From contig NC_042998.1 of NCBI RefSeq assembly GCF_006345805.1, positions 105,648,001 through 105,712,000 on the forward strand: 64,000 nucleotides of DNA, read 5' to 3'. The notes beneath the pieces were generated by a model, which saw nothing but the letters and a program-made list of their open reading frames with translations, had not been told where the DNA came from and did not search any database. This document shows positions 13,233-25,874 of this stretch, piece after piece (positions within the stretch are counted from its first letter, which is position 1; each line of letters begins with the position of its first letter). This stretch comes from Octopus sinensis. Taxonomy: Eukaryota. The position numbers and the translations under genes were made by a program.

Positions 13233-13753
13233 CTCACATTACTCTATGCATTTCTGTGTGCATGTGCAGAGTTGGGTGATTGTTACCCACAAAACTATCT
13301 TGCTGCAATCAATTCTTTCCAGTTCCATGTTGGTGAATGGAACTCAATAGCACCTTTCACTCTTTGACACCTTATCAATAATTGATTATAGAAATTGGGA
13401 AAGAAATGAATCAAAACTGTCAGTTTTCTTTGCTGAAACAGGGAGTATTTTATTTCTTCTTATTTCTTCCTTTGTCTTCTCTGTTGCTCTCTCTTCTTCT
13501 CTTTTCCTATATATATATGTTCATACACATACATTCACGGGTATATATACATGTATGCATACATGTATGTGTGTGTGTGTGTATATATACACTTACGTAT
13601 GCATTATCTATGTATACATATGTGTATGCTTTATATTTATGTATTATATGTAAGTATCCATATAACCACCTTCTTCTTCCGTATCTCTTTTAAAGTTATG
13701 CAAATCCAATAAATATTAGATGGAATTTACTCATCACATACGAATATGCATAT

Positions 13754-13793
<40 letters not shown>

Positions 13794-14265
13794 ACATGCA
13801 CACGCATGTGTATGAGTGTGTACATACATATATTTTCAGAGACAGACAGAGAGTGATGTCTATGTATATATATACACACACAGACTAAATATACATGTAT
13901 CCATACCATAAGTGGGTATAGGTGCATGTGTGTGTGTACTTTGAAGTAGTAGCTCAATGCAGAAATACATGCTATAGTCATAAATGCATAAATAAAGTTC
14001 AGTGTTATACACCAGACAAAAATTTAAATCTATATTTAAATTTAAATCTATATAGTATGTGTATGTAGTAGGTTCCTTTCCATCATCTGAAGATCTGTAG
14101 ATTTCTTTTCGATATTCATATCTTTTCACTATATATTTATGTTCAAGATTTATATGTGTGTGTGTATATATAGATATATGAAAGGCAGATGTTAAATTGT
14201 GATGAGGATGATGATGATATATACATAAATATAAATACATATATATGTGTGCATATATATATGTA

Positions 14266-14310
<45 letters not shown>

Positions 14311-14321
<11 letters not shown>

Positions 14322-14574
14322 AGTGTGTGTGTACATATATAGTGAGAATTTACAAAAAAACAAAAGACAAAGATAGGTGTGTAAGCAACAAACAGATGTA
14401 TTAGTTTAATGCTAGGGAAATGAGAAAGTATTTTATGTTTCGAGCTTATGCTCTTCGACAGAGAGGAACACAGAAATAAACAGGGAGAGAAAATAGAAAA
14501 AGGTTTAGTGTCTAGCGATCTATCATAGTGAATGTGTGTACATATATATATAGACATATATATACATAAATATT

Positions 14575-14605
<31 letters not shown>

Positions 14606-14882
14606 TATATATATGTATGTGTGAGTGTGTGTGTACATATATAGTGAGAATTTACAAAAAAACAAAAGACAAAGATAGGTGTGTAAGCAACAAACAGATG
14701 TATTAGTTTAATGCTAGGGAAATGAGAAAGTATTTTATGTTTCGAGCTTATGCTCTTCGACAGAGAGGAACACAGAAATAAACAGGGAGAGAAAATAGAA
14801 AAAGGTTTAGTGTCTAGCGATCTATCATAGTGAATGTGTGTACATATATATATAGACATATATATACATAAATATTTATATA
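14311..14882. repeat. Near-perfect direct tandem duplication, period about 302 bp, of a PLE-type terminus
   Basis: agtgagaatttacaaaaaaac.. at 14341 and 14643; units bounded by (TA)n. Confidence 0.95.
14429..14466 (-). ncRNA. Hammerhead-like motif with variant core (second copy at 14731-14768)
   Basis: Reverse complement: ctct CTGTCGAA gagc-ataa-gctc GAAA ca TA aaata. Confidence 0.45.
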
Positions 14883-14939
14883 TATATATCTGTTTATATA
14901 TGTGTGCATATATACACATATATATACACACACATATAC

Positions 14940-14971
<32 letters not shown>

Positions 14972-15040
14972 ATATGTATGTAGGTATATGCTTGTTCATA
15001 TATAAATATACATACGTACATACATACATACATACATACA

Positions 15041-15076
<36 letters not shown>

Positions 15077-16004
15077 TAATGTATGCAGGTGTAAGTGTGC
15101 GTGTGTATATGTGAACATCTAAGATCTCAAAATATCTGGAGTCTGTTATATCATCATCATCACCATCTTCATCATCATCATCTGCATTTCTAACTGCATT
15201 GTAAATCAGTCATACAGTGGTTTCATGCAGGTATCTAGGTATGTACTATTTATCTGAAGTGTATTTGGAAAAGTGTTACAATGTGTCTTAATTGTATACC
15301 CTCTGCTTGAAACAGCAGCAGTTCATTCCTTTTAGTTCCAGACATGAAAACAAAAATATTGTACATACCCCCAAGTATTGCAATAGACACTGAAATACAG
15401 CAACTGATCAGAAAAATAGTTCATTTGGAATAATTATGTAAATTAATGTAAAACGTTTAATAAATTGTCTGCTTTCCAAGAAAATATAAAAAAAGAAACA
15501 AATAAGTGAAATTTTATTTTGAATTCTGTATTTGATTATTTTTGGTACATTTTTTCGAAACTCCAATCGTTTTCTGGTTGTTTTTGTTGCAACAGTTCTG
15601 AGTAAATCAACATTTCCTGACTAAATGTAGATTTTTCAGTTACTTTTTAAAGTAGTTTATCTAAAAAAAATTAGTGGATTCATGTGGTTGTATTTATGTT
15701 AAGTTATTTACTGATAAACCTAACATAACCAGGCACAGCTGTGGTCTAGCTGCCTTTCTTCTGTCAGCAAATCATCCCTCTGTTTCATGCTACAGCTTCA
15801 AAGGCATCCAAAGTAAGAGATCCCTTACTTGAGAAACATGTAAGGTTTAAGGATAAGAAGGGTATCCAGGTATTAAACAAGAGCTCAATAATATATTATA
15901 ATGGAAAGAGAAGTAAACTGAAAGACTATATATTCATTCATACATAACTCTATCTGTCTGTTTATCTATCTGTCTGTCTGTTTCTCTGACCATATATATA
16001 TCAT

Positions 16005-16295
16005 CATCATGATCATCATCATCATCGTTTAACATCTGCTTTCCATGCTGGCATGGATTGGACGGTTTGACTGAGGACTGGCAATCTATGAGGCTGCACC
16101 AGGCTCCAATCTGATCTGGCAAGGTCTCCACAGCTGGATATCCTTCCAAACACCAACCACTCCGAGAGTGCAGTAGGTGTTTTTTTATGTGCCACCAGCA
16201 TGGAGGCCAGTCATGTATCACTGGTATCGACCACACTCGAATGGTGCTTTTTACATGCCACCAGCATAGGTGCCAGTCATGCGGCACTGGTATCA
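16005..16295 (-). mobile_element. RTE LINE 3' tail fragment
   Basis: (CAT)n cgtttaacatctgctttccatgctggcatgg.. Confidence 0.85.
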
Positions 16296-16496
16296 TAGTC
16301 AATTCAAATAAATGAACAATAAAATTAACAACAACCAACAAGAGGACATGCATGAGGAATGTATTAGTTTGACACTCAGTTAAAAGAGAAAGTGTTGATG
16401 TTTTAAGTATAGCTCTTTGTCAGAAAGGTGAAAGGGAAAAGTTCAAAGAAGGAAAAGAAATCGCCAACAGCATGTGTATAGTTACATTATATATAA

Positions 16497-16539
<43 letters not shown>

Positions 16540-16601
16540 GGTCCCGGGTTGATTCGGGGTTAACCACAGTAAATAAGGTACTCAATGCATAGCAGAGTAA
16601 A

Positions 16602-16801
16602 ATTAATTTATTATATAGAAGGAGCTTCTACAGGACTAGAACTGTTTCATTCAAGAGAAATCTTCAGGAAGCATTTCTCTTGAAGATTTCTCTGTCTGTT
16701 TATCTATCTGGAAGCATTTCTCCTGAAGATTTCTCCTGAAGATTTCTCTTGAATGAAACAGTTCTAGTCCTGTAGAAGCTCCTTCTATATAATAAATTAA
16801 T
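16602..16801. repeat. Perfect 68-bp inverted repeat (16602-16669 / 16734-16801) in a PLE-like terminus
   Basis: Identical arms; spacer built from gaagatttctc(c/t)t units; each arm carries CTGAAGA..GAAA. Confidence 0.9.
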
Positions 16802-16949
16802 ATATATATATATATGAATATATGTATACATACGCACATATATATGTATGTATATGTATGTATGTATGTCTTCTCTTTCTCCTTTTAATTTAAAGTAAAT
16901 TTTGACTGGCCACTGACTTGGTAGCAAGGTTGTGAAGGAAAGTATAAAG

Positions 16950-17127
16950 ATTTAACTGTCGCCTTTTAAATCTTAAGAAGGTCTTGCAGAGTTTTATAGT
17001 CCAAAATATTGTGATCATCTGTAGCTTATAAATTAGGGATTTGCATTCTCTCCCCAATATCCTAAGTTCAGCCATACTTTGCTCCAGACTTGTTGGTATG
17101 TACCCTGTTGCTCCAATAATAATAGGT
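16950..17127 (-). mobile_element. R4/Dong-like (RLE) LINE C-terminal fragment
   Basis: PIIIGATGYIPTSLEQSMAELRILGRECKSLIYKLQMITIFWTIKLCKTFLRF. Confidence 0.75.
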
Positions 17128-17280
17128 ACGTATGTATGTATGTATGTATGTATGTATGTATGTATGTATGTATGTATGTATGTATGTACATATGTAAGTA
17201 TTGACGTATGTATGTACGTGTGTATGTATGTATGTATGTATGTATGTCTCTTCTACTTTTTAGTTATTATAAATTTTACA

Positions 17281-17970
17281 CTGAGGAGGGAGCCAGTTTC
17301 CAACAAAGATACAAGGCTCCATCTTTAGGATGTAGTTAACACAGACAAATTCACATTTGGAACTTGAGAAAAATCTTGTATATTTTTACTGTTCCACTCA
17401 TAGATTGGACTTGTAATGTACGAATTAGCCAGTTGATTTCTCTTTCTGAAAATCCCAGTTTCTCCAGATTCTCTTTTAAGCATTTACTAACAAAACCTAT
17501 TGCTCCAATTATTATTGGTATGAATATGAATTCATAGTCTAGATATAGAAGTTGGAGGTTTTGAAGTAGTTGTCCATAGATATCCTCTTTTACTTTGATT
17601 TTCAAAGAGATATTTATATCTTTAGGGCAGCTAACCTCTATGATGGTACATACCTTTTCCCCTCTGTCCAAAACAGGCCCGTTATGTCTACATTTGACAG
17701 AAGTTTTGATGGGAATATTCCACCAGTATTCTTTGAGTTAGTGTTTATGAATGTATTCCATAACAGAGGGATTTTCTAAGTTTATTTCATGGCAGTCTTT
17801 TTTGCAGAAGGCATTGTAAAGTGTTTTAGTGACAGCATCATGCCACATAAGAAGGTAATCCCTTGGCAACATTTTAGGATAGCAACTAATCATATATGTG
17901 TAGCACCTTGGGATTACAAGAGCATCACTGTCTCTTGTTCACCAGGTATTTTGTGACAATCTCCTGTTCA
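17281..17970 (-). mobile_element. R4/Dong-like (RLE) LINE 3' fragment
   Basis: ORF 17351-17671 CTIIEVSCPKDINISLKIKVKEDIYG..FIPIIIGAIG..GTVKIYKIFLKF; 3' UTR shared with 30661-30825. Confidence 0.85.
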
Positions 17971-18012
17971 TGTATGTATGTATGTGTGTATGTATGTATG
18001 TAAAATCATTAT

Positions 18013-18485
18013 CTTTATTTTTCATTTGTTTCAGTCATTGGACTGTGGCCATGCTTGAGCACCTCTCAGAAGCATTTAGTTGAAAAAAATCAGTATCAGT
18101 ATTTATTTTTAAACCTTGTATTTATTGTTTTGTTCTCTTTTGCTGAACCACTAAGTTACGGGGATGTAAACAAATCAGTAGCAGTTGCAATGTGGTGGCA
18201 GCAGACAAACACAAAGACCCACAAACACAAACACACACACACACACACACACACAGAGGCTATATACATATACACATTTGTGTGTGTCTTTGTGCGCATG
18301 TGTGTGTTTGTATGTACTTGTGTGTGTGTGTGTGTGTGCCTGTGTATGTGTGTGCATGATGGGCTTCTTGCAGTTTCCATCTATTGAATCAAGGGCTATT
18401 ATAGAAGACACCCAAAATGCTACAGATTGGAACTGATCCCTAGATCACAGGCCTTGAAACAAAGCTTTTTAACTACACAGTCACA
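18013..18485 (-). mobile_element. tRNA-derived SINE (family B), degraded
   Basis: ttgtttcagtcattggactgtggccatgc..gatgggcttcttgcagtttcc. Confidence 0.8.
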
Positions 18486-18639
18486 CACACCAACAACACC
18501 ACACATATAGACATTGCTTATGAAGATGCAGTTTGAAATCATCATAGAATTTCATAGAATTTCCCCACTCTCTCTCCCAAAGTTGAAATCTTCAAATGAT
18601 ATTCCCAGACATCCCACCTCTGTCCAAATGAAAACTTAC

Positions 18640-18811
18640 AGAATCTTTACATTATTTACATTGGACAGATTTGTGTCCTCATATTGTTTGTTGTTACCAC
18701 AACATTTTGGCTGATTTACTTTCCAGCCTTCATCAGGTGTCCTGGTAGAATTTTGAACCCAACACTGGGTTCTCATTCCTAAGGTATTTTTTTTGCTGAT
18801 GTTATTATTAA

Positions 18812-18847
<36 letters not shown>

Positions 18848-18850
18848 CAT
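18640..18850 (-). mobile_element. Headless inverted copy of the HHR-bearing SINE body
   Basis: Reverse complement: (AAT)n..ataccttaggaatgagaaccc..ggacacCTGATGAaggctg..cagccAAAAtgttgtg..aatgtaaataatgta. Confidence 0.8.
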
Positions 18851-18857
18851 TATTTCA

Positions 18858-19133
18858 AGGCATGTAGTGTAATGGTTAAGAGTATAGGCTACTAACCCCA
18901 AGTTTCTGAGTTCAATTCCACGCAGTGCCTTGAAGAAATAATAATAATAATAACAACATCAGTAAGAAATACTTTAGGAATGAGAATCCAAGGTTGGGTT
19001 CAAAATTCTATCAGGACACCTGATGAAGGCTGGAGAGTAAATCAGCTGAACATGATAACAACAAACAAGATAATGACAAATTCATCCAATGTAAATAATG
19101 TAAATAATGTACAGAATTCTTCATCTCTAAAAT
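18858..19133 (+). mobile_element. tRNA-headed SINE carrying a hammerhead-like motif
   Basis: A box tagtgtaatgg (18865-18875), B box gttcaattc (18910-18918), (AAT)n, gacacCTGATGA (19020-19026) aggctg..cagct GAA, aatgtaaat-type tail. Confidence 0.75.
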
Positions 19134-20074
19134 ATGTTACAGAATCTTTGTTGCGGTTATCTAGTCTCAGTTTGGTTCTTACTGTGCACAGCTTTAAATA
19201 AATGTTTTCTCTCTCTGGTCATTATGCCCTTGTTTTCAGCAATTAATGTTTAGTCTCAGATATTATCTTTTATAAGATGGTAGGTTATGGTTTAATGTTA
19301 AATTTGTCCACAATTTGTATCAAGCCAAGTGACCACATAATTCCTTTTTTATCGACTTAGAATCAAGCCTTGTAGCTGACAAAACTAAAGATTACTAAAA
19401 GAGTGAGTTTACAGTAATTTTCATCACAGAACATAGTTCTGAAACAGTAGTATCCTACAAAAGCAGATAAAGTATAAAGTTATCAAATCTCAGAGCTATG
19501 TTGCCATCACATTATAAAAGATGACAAACTAACACTTTTACATAATCATGTCTAATGGTATAATTCACACTTCATATATATATTTGTGTGTGTGTGTGTG
19601 TATTTATGTACATACACAAACACACATACACACTCTACTCTTATTTCCCCATTTGCAAATTATATTCTTTCAATTGCAATCATTTTCTTAACTTCTTTTT
19701 TTCTATCTCCCTTATCATGTCAAAGAGTTTCCTGCACAAAACATAACACATTTCTTTTTCTTATGACACTATCAATGTATTTTCTTTATGTTTGTTCTCA
19801 TAATATTGCTTATTTTGAATTTTATCTCAGTCAATGCAATCCAAATCTTAGATACCTTTGATTTTGCATTGCTTAGACAAAATTTATTAATATATAGATT
19901 TGGCTCCGTATCTGTTTATTCATAACTCATTATATATTTGTACTCTTGTGAATTATCACAAACCTTGTCATTTGAAATGGACAGAACCAGCTATTGTTTT
20001 ACTGGAAGCCGTAACTAATGAGGCTGTGCTTCACAAAATGTGATACAAAATCTATGCATATAAATAATGCGATA

Positions 20075-20276
20075 CAAGGGTCAGACGAAAAGTTCATAGG
20101 CTGACTATGAAGGGATGATGCTAGAGCTGTGAAATATTGCATGCATTTCAAGCACTGCAACACTGATGGAAGAAGTGTGTGGACTGAAAAGGGAACTGTG
20201 TTGAAAAATAAACCTTATTTAGTCACATTTCATGAGAGTATCTTGGTCAGCCTATGAGCTTTTCAGCTGAACTTCA
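20075..20276. mobile_element. Mariner-derived MITE
   Basis: TIRs gggtcagacgaaaagttcataggctgac / gtcagcctatgagcttttcagctgaac; TA flanks; no ORF. Confidence 0.8.
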
Positions 20277-20450
20277 TATTTGTTGTTGCATATTTTACGT
20301 TGGCACGGAATAAATAAATATTACGAATAATGCCCATATCAATTTATTATTACTGCAAAATTAATCTCAATAGGCCAGTGTCTAACATCTTAGGAGGAAT
20401 ATAGAATTGTCAGGTTTTCAAACTCATACCATTATGCATATCAGTTTATA

Positions 20451-20750
20451 TTGGGTCATCCCATAAATAATGCAGTTTTTTCATACTTCTTTTATTTTTC
20501 AAAATTAAGATAAACAAAGTTCTTTTTTTATCTAAAATATACTTTCCTTCATTTTCTACAATGCTCTTTCATCTATCTGGTAGATATGCAAGGCCCCTCT
20601 TCCAAAATTCACTTGTCCATGATGAAAGATACTCCTCCAGTCCTGTTCTGACCTTGTCTTCAGAATTCGTATTTTTTCCGTCCAAATGATTTTGAAGACT
20701 GTGGAATAAATGATAATCAGATAGGCAATGTCTGGCGAATACTTAATTTA
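20451..20750 (-). mobile_element. Mariner 3' fragment with one TIR
   Basis: Decayed PDIAYLDYHLFHSLQNHLDGKK..FWKRGLAYLPDR*KSIVENEGKYILD; TA then ttgggtcatcccataaataatgc. Confidence 0.8.
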
Positions 20751-21354
20751 TTAGAACCATACATGCATATATATTAATTAACACATGCATGCATACATGC
20801 ATAAATGCATGTATACATAAAGATATGCATAAATGTGTACATCCATGCATGCATGCTTACATTATATGTTGATTGTTGTTCCATCTTCACAGATGATTGC
20901 TGTCTGTCTGTGCTTTTTCATCATCAGTGACATTTCTGACAGTCTGTCCATGACCTTTCAGTTGACTATTCAGTTAAACTGCAGATCTACATGGTTTGAA
21001 GCACTGATAACAGGCAAAAGTTGTAACTCCCACTGGATTGATTGGGTCACTTTGTGGGATATGAGTTTTGAGTATGATTGCCGTATGTCTTTGCACATCT
21101 GAAGCTGACTTGCAAACTTTTTTACATTTTGCACACAAACATACATGCATACATAAATATTACAAGCTTCCATATGATTTTCACCTACTAAAATCCACCT
21201 AACAAAGAATTGAGCAACCCAAAGCTATGATATAAAGTACTTGCTCGGGATGCCATGCCATGGGATCAACCCCCAAAACTACATGGTTATGTATATAAAG
21301 CATGTAAGTGCATACATGTATGTGTGTATGTGTGCATGTATGTGTGTGTGTGTA

Positions 21355-21436
21355 TAGATAAATAGATAGATAGATAGATAGATATATAGATAGATAGATA
21401 GATAGATAGATACAGATATAAAGACAGATAGTTAGT

Positions 21437-21470
<34 letters not shown>

Positions 21471-21500
21471 CAGATATAAAGACAGATATAGATAGATAGT

Positions 21501-21534
<34 letters not shown>

Positions 21535-21583
21535 TAGATAGATAGATAGATATAGATAGATAGTTAGATAGATAGATAGATAG

Positions 21584-21662
<79 letters not shown>

Positions 21663-21735
21663 CTGACAGACAGACAAACAGACAAGCAAGCAGGTAGACA
21701 GGCAGGCAGACAGATAGGCAGACAGATAGATAGAT
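21355..21735. repeat. Compound (GATA)n/(GA)n/(GACA)n microsatellite
   Basis: Directly visible. Confidence 0.98.
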
Positions 21736-22154
21736 ATACATATTTATATTGTATGCATGTATATATTATATACATACATATATACATAGGCATGTGAGTG
21801 TTTGTGTATTGTGCATGCCTGTATGTGTGTATCTATACATGTATCTGATTACACAAAGATAACAGATTTCACATAAATTCACATTCATATATTCTCATGC
21901 ATACACATTGTACAGCTGTATGTATGTGTGTGTAGATGCTTGTTTATGTGTGTGAGTTTGTGTGCGAGAGTGTGTGTCTGTGTGAACATGTTTGTTGTTT
22001 GTGTGTGTTTGTGTGTGTGTGTGTACTGACAAAGATTCAGAGGGATATTTGAACACTCAGTTATTCATAATATATGCTGTCTATTCCAGCAGAGTTAATA
22101 GTTTATTAATATAGAAACTCCCTTCCGTCTTCCCTCTTTCTCTCTTTCCTAATG

Positions 22155-22237
22155 TTATGGCAGTGTCTGCAAGTATTGACTTCTTGTAGGAACACATTTC
22201 CATCTGTTGTCAACCACAAAGTAGCAACAGCAAAATT
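22155..22237 (-). CDS. Candidate terminal coding exon of unknown gene (xFCCCYFVVDNRWKCVPTRSQYLQTLP*)
   Basis: Strong acceptor tttttattgtcatcttgtag; non-repetitive; no homology recognised. Confidence 0.22.
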
Positions 22238-22434
22238 CTACAAGATGACAATAAAAATATTAAATCAGAAATCGTATGAGTCTATTTAATATGTTCCATT
22301 GACATAAAAGTGTTTTAGAATATTAACATTTGAGGTTTAAAGGATTATATTTAAGCACATTTACATTTTAGGTTTATAATATCTCACCCTCTGGAGTTAG
22401 TATTAATAGCAAGAATAAACGAAAGTAAAATATA

Positions 22435-23817
22435 TTGGGTTGTCTGGAAAGTTCATGCCGATTTTTAAGGGAAGAAAAAGCTCAATAAATACTTGCTATT
22501 ACATTTTTAATCAACCAAATATGAACCATTTTGTTGCACAATGTGTCTCCAGCTTTCCTTTAACTTGAAAATACCCTCTTCCCAGAATTGAGCTGGTTTC
22601 ATGGCAAAGAATTCATCTTTTTACGTCATCCAAGGAATTGAAATTTTTACCATTAAGACTAATCTGCACAGACCTGAATAAGTGGAAATCCGAAAGAGCA
22701 ATATCTGGTTAATATGGAGGGTTGGGTAACACATCCCTGCCAAGCTGCAGCAATTTTTGTCTGGTTCCTGAAGAAACATGCGGTCTTGCATTATCATGTT
22801 GGAAAACAAATACCTTTCCTGTTGGCCAATTCTGGACATTTCTCTTGAATTGCTGCTTTTAACTCGTCAAGTGTGCAGTATTTCTCAGAATTAATTGTCT
22901 GGTTACTTGGGAGAAGCTCATAGAACAGAATTCCTTTCCAATAATCCCACCAGACACAAAACAAAACATTTTTAGAGTGAAGATCCGCTTCTGGGGTGGC
23001 TTAGGGTGGCTCATGTCGCTTACTCCAGGATCGCTTTCTCGGAACATTTCGGTAGATAATCCATTTCTGATCACCTGTCACAATTTGCTTTAAAAAAAGC
23101 GCTTTTTCATACCGTTTATAAGCGAATCACAGATGGAAATGTGATCCAAAAGGTTCTTCTCACTCAACTAATGTGGTATCCAAACATCCTAGCAATTTGT
23201 GTACCCAAGCTTTACCAGGTGCTCATGAACGATGGATTTTGATAGGTTGAGGCTTTCTGCCAATTCTCAGGTTGTGCAATGTGGGTTATTCTCAATTAAT
23301 GACTGGATTTGGTCATTATCTGTTGTGGATGGTCTGCCTGATCACTCTTTATCAATAAGGCTACAATCTTCAGCTTGGAACCTTACAAACCACTTCTGTA
23401 TAGTTTCTTTGGATAAAGAAACATTACCGTAAACTGCGCATATTTTTTTGGTTGCTTGTGAGGCATTTTTCCCATTACAGAAAAAGAACCTTACAAACCA
23501 CTTCTGTATAGTTTCTTTGGATAAAGAAACATTACCGTAAACTGCACATATTTTTTTGGTTGCTTGTGAGGCATTTTTCCCATTACAGAAAAAGAAAAGC
23601 ATCAAGTGCTGATAATGAACTTTCTTATCTTCCATTTTAAAGGGTTACGGAATTAACACAGGTTATAGGAACATAAACCTTCTTCCACAAAAAGATAGCT
23701 TAAACTGTGCTCTAAATGGAGGTGTAGTCAAATTCTATTTTATGGACTCAACCATGTTCTAAAATAAGTTGAAAGGTAAGCTACTATAAATCGGCATGAA
23801 CTTTCCGGACAACCCAA
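22435..23817 (-). mobile_element. Full-length mariner element, disrupted transposase, internal 108-bp in-frame duplication
   Basis: 30-bp TIRs ttgggttgtc(t/c)ggaaagttcatgccgattt with TA flanks; MEDKKVHYQHLMLFFF.., MHDNARPHV-like and YSDLCRLV (YSPDLAP-like) remnants. Confidence 0.93.
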
Positions 23818-24238
23818 TATATTCATATGAACAACTATAACTGGCTGGTTGTTGTCTATGTTTCTTACTTAATTTTCTTGCTATTTATTATTGAATTTAC
23901 AAATCAAACAAATATTGGGTGGTTTCATTATTTGTTTAAATGAAGCTCTACAATTTCACAATTCTAAATTCACTGTTCCAGTCTCATGTTCTAGCTATCT
24001 TTCATGCATTCACACACACACATTCTCTCCCTCCCTGCCATCTCTTTTTCCCTCAGTCTATATGTCTAGTTATTTTTATTACTTTTCTCTGTCACAATCT
24101 CAGAGCTATGTTGAGCTATGTGTCTGGAGCAGTTCCTCTTTCTGTCACCTTTATCTACTATTCCTATTTTCCACCTCTCCCATCTCACTTTATATATGAA
24201 TACACACAGATGGACAGACATAATTATAGATATAATTA

Positions 24239-24293
<55 letters not shown>

Positions 24294-24472
24294 TCATCGA
24301 TCAATGTCTCTTTCTCTCTCTTTAAATATATATATATATAGTAGTAGCAGCAGCAGTAACAGCAGCAGCAGTAGCAGTAGCATCAGGAGCATCAGCAGTA
24401 GTAGTAGTAGTAGTAGTAAAAAGTATATTTATTATCTTTCATATAATATTATAGACTCAGCCTATATACTAC

Positions 24473-24524
24473 CAAATGGTTTCATGCCAAAAACAGGAGA
24501 GGCAAGTTCACCAATCTTCAAATA
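24473..24524 (-). CDS. Candidate internal exon (YLKIGELASPVFGMKPF), phase 0 to 1
   Basis: Acceptor cttttccattcttcag, weak donor gtagta; phase compatible with 22155-22237. Confidence 0.2.
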
Positions 24525-24782
24525 CTGAAGAATGGAAAAGTATGACCTAGACTCTTTTCTAATAAAATTTTTGAAAATGTTATTTCTGGTTCATGAGTCT
24601 GTGTAGTTAAAAAAAAAAACAGAATAAAATTCTTGGATGAAAAAGCATTGACCAAAACCATAAGAACAAAAGGAACATAACTACCTCATTTAGCCCATTC
24701 GAGTTATGCTCCTTGGATTGGCTCCTTTTAATTCAGCGACCTGCATGCAAAGGTTCAGGTACCAAAAATTTTCCCCCAGCTA

Positions 24783-25085
24783 TCATCATCCTCATTTAAT
24801 GTCCGCTTCCCATGCTGGCATGGGTTGGAAGGTTTGACATGGAGCTGGCTAACAGGGAACTGTCCAGACTCCAACTGTCTGTTGTGACATGTTTTCTATG
24901 CCTGGATGTCCTTCCACTTAACAGATTGTGCCAGGTGCTTTTTACATGTCATCAGCACAGGTGCATTCATGCAGCATTGGCACCGGTGCATTAACACAAC
25001 AGCAGCACAGATGCTTTTTAAGTGGCACCGGCACCTAAAAGGACAAGCCTGTATGTATGGAAGACAGCGATTCTGCTGAGCTTGA
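24783..25085 (-). mobile_element. RTE LINE 3' tail fragment
   Basis: catcatcctcatttaatgtccgcttcccatgctggcatgggttgga.. Confidence 0.75.
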
Positions 25086-25239
25086 CATGTCTTATCAATA
25101 TCTTATATGATATTTGACTGAAGTGTGGGGAGAAAGAACTAGTGAGGTGGGGTAGAGGTGAAGAAGAGAGGTTGGAGAACAAAATTCTGGTTTTTGTCCT
25201 GCAGAATGTCCAACAAAAACCCTTCTCCTTACCAAGAAG

Positions 25240-25650
25240 GTTTTGTAGGTCTGCTGACTTAGTTACTGATGGCCCAACTATACAAAGTGTGTGGTAAACA
25301 CGTAGGTGATGCTGACGCCCTTAAATGCAGGTAGTTAACTAATATAGATTCTTCAGTCTTCAGTACCAATTATGATGGAGTGGTCATATGATGAGGATTG
25401 AAGACAATTGGGTCCTCAAACAATTTCTGTATGGTGAGCTAGTCCAGAGTAAGAGACCAGCAAACAAAAATTAAGGTATAAGAACTGCATCAAGATTATA
25501 CTGGAGAAGGTCAAAATCTCATCAAGCTGAATGAGAATTCTTTGTTCTCGATCATCCATCACAGAAGAAAGCAGTCCATGATGAGAAGACAGAGTTTGAA
25601 CAAAATTATATCAAGCATGAACAGCTCAAGAGAGATGTTCATAAGGGTCT
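25240..25650 (+). mobile_element. Old RTE-clade LINE C-terminal fragment
   Basis: Decayed WSGHMMRIEDNWVLKQFLYGELVQSKRP..RYKNCIK pattern. Confidence 0.6.
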
Positions 25651-25874
25651 TGATGTGAATTTGCTCAACTGTATTGGTGTACATCATAATTTAACATATA
25701 ACAAGCGTGGGCATGTTGTTTTTTAAGTAAAACAGGCCTTAAATGTCATCAAAGGAGCCACACACACACAGGAAAATTGTTAACTATGAATTTCACAGTT
25801 TCTCTATTTGCAAGTGGTGGAGAAAAAGAGCATGCATATCAGATGCTGGGGAGAAGCATCATATGAAGGTTCAC

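Noticed and set aside
20870-21130. Possible mariner N-terminal remnant
   Set aside because: Similarity is too weak and no TIR could be confirmed.
22155-24524. Resemblance of the candidate peptide to MOSC/MARC or cytochrome P450 C-termini
   Set aside because: Only a few scattered residues match and the spacing does not fit; no gene symbol assigned.
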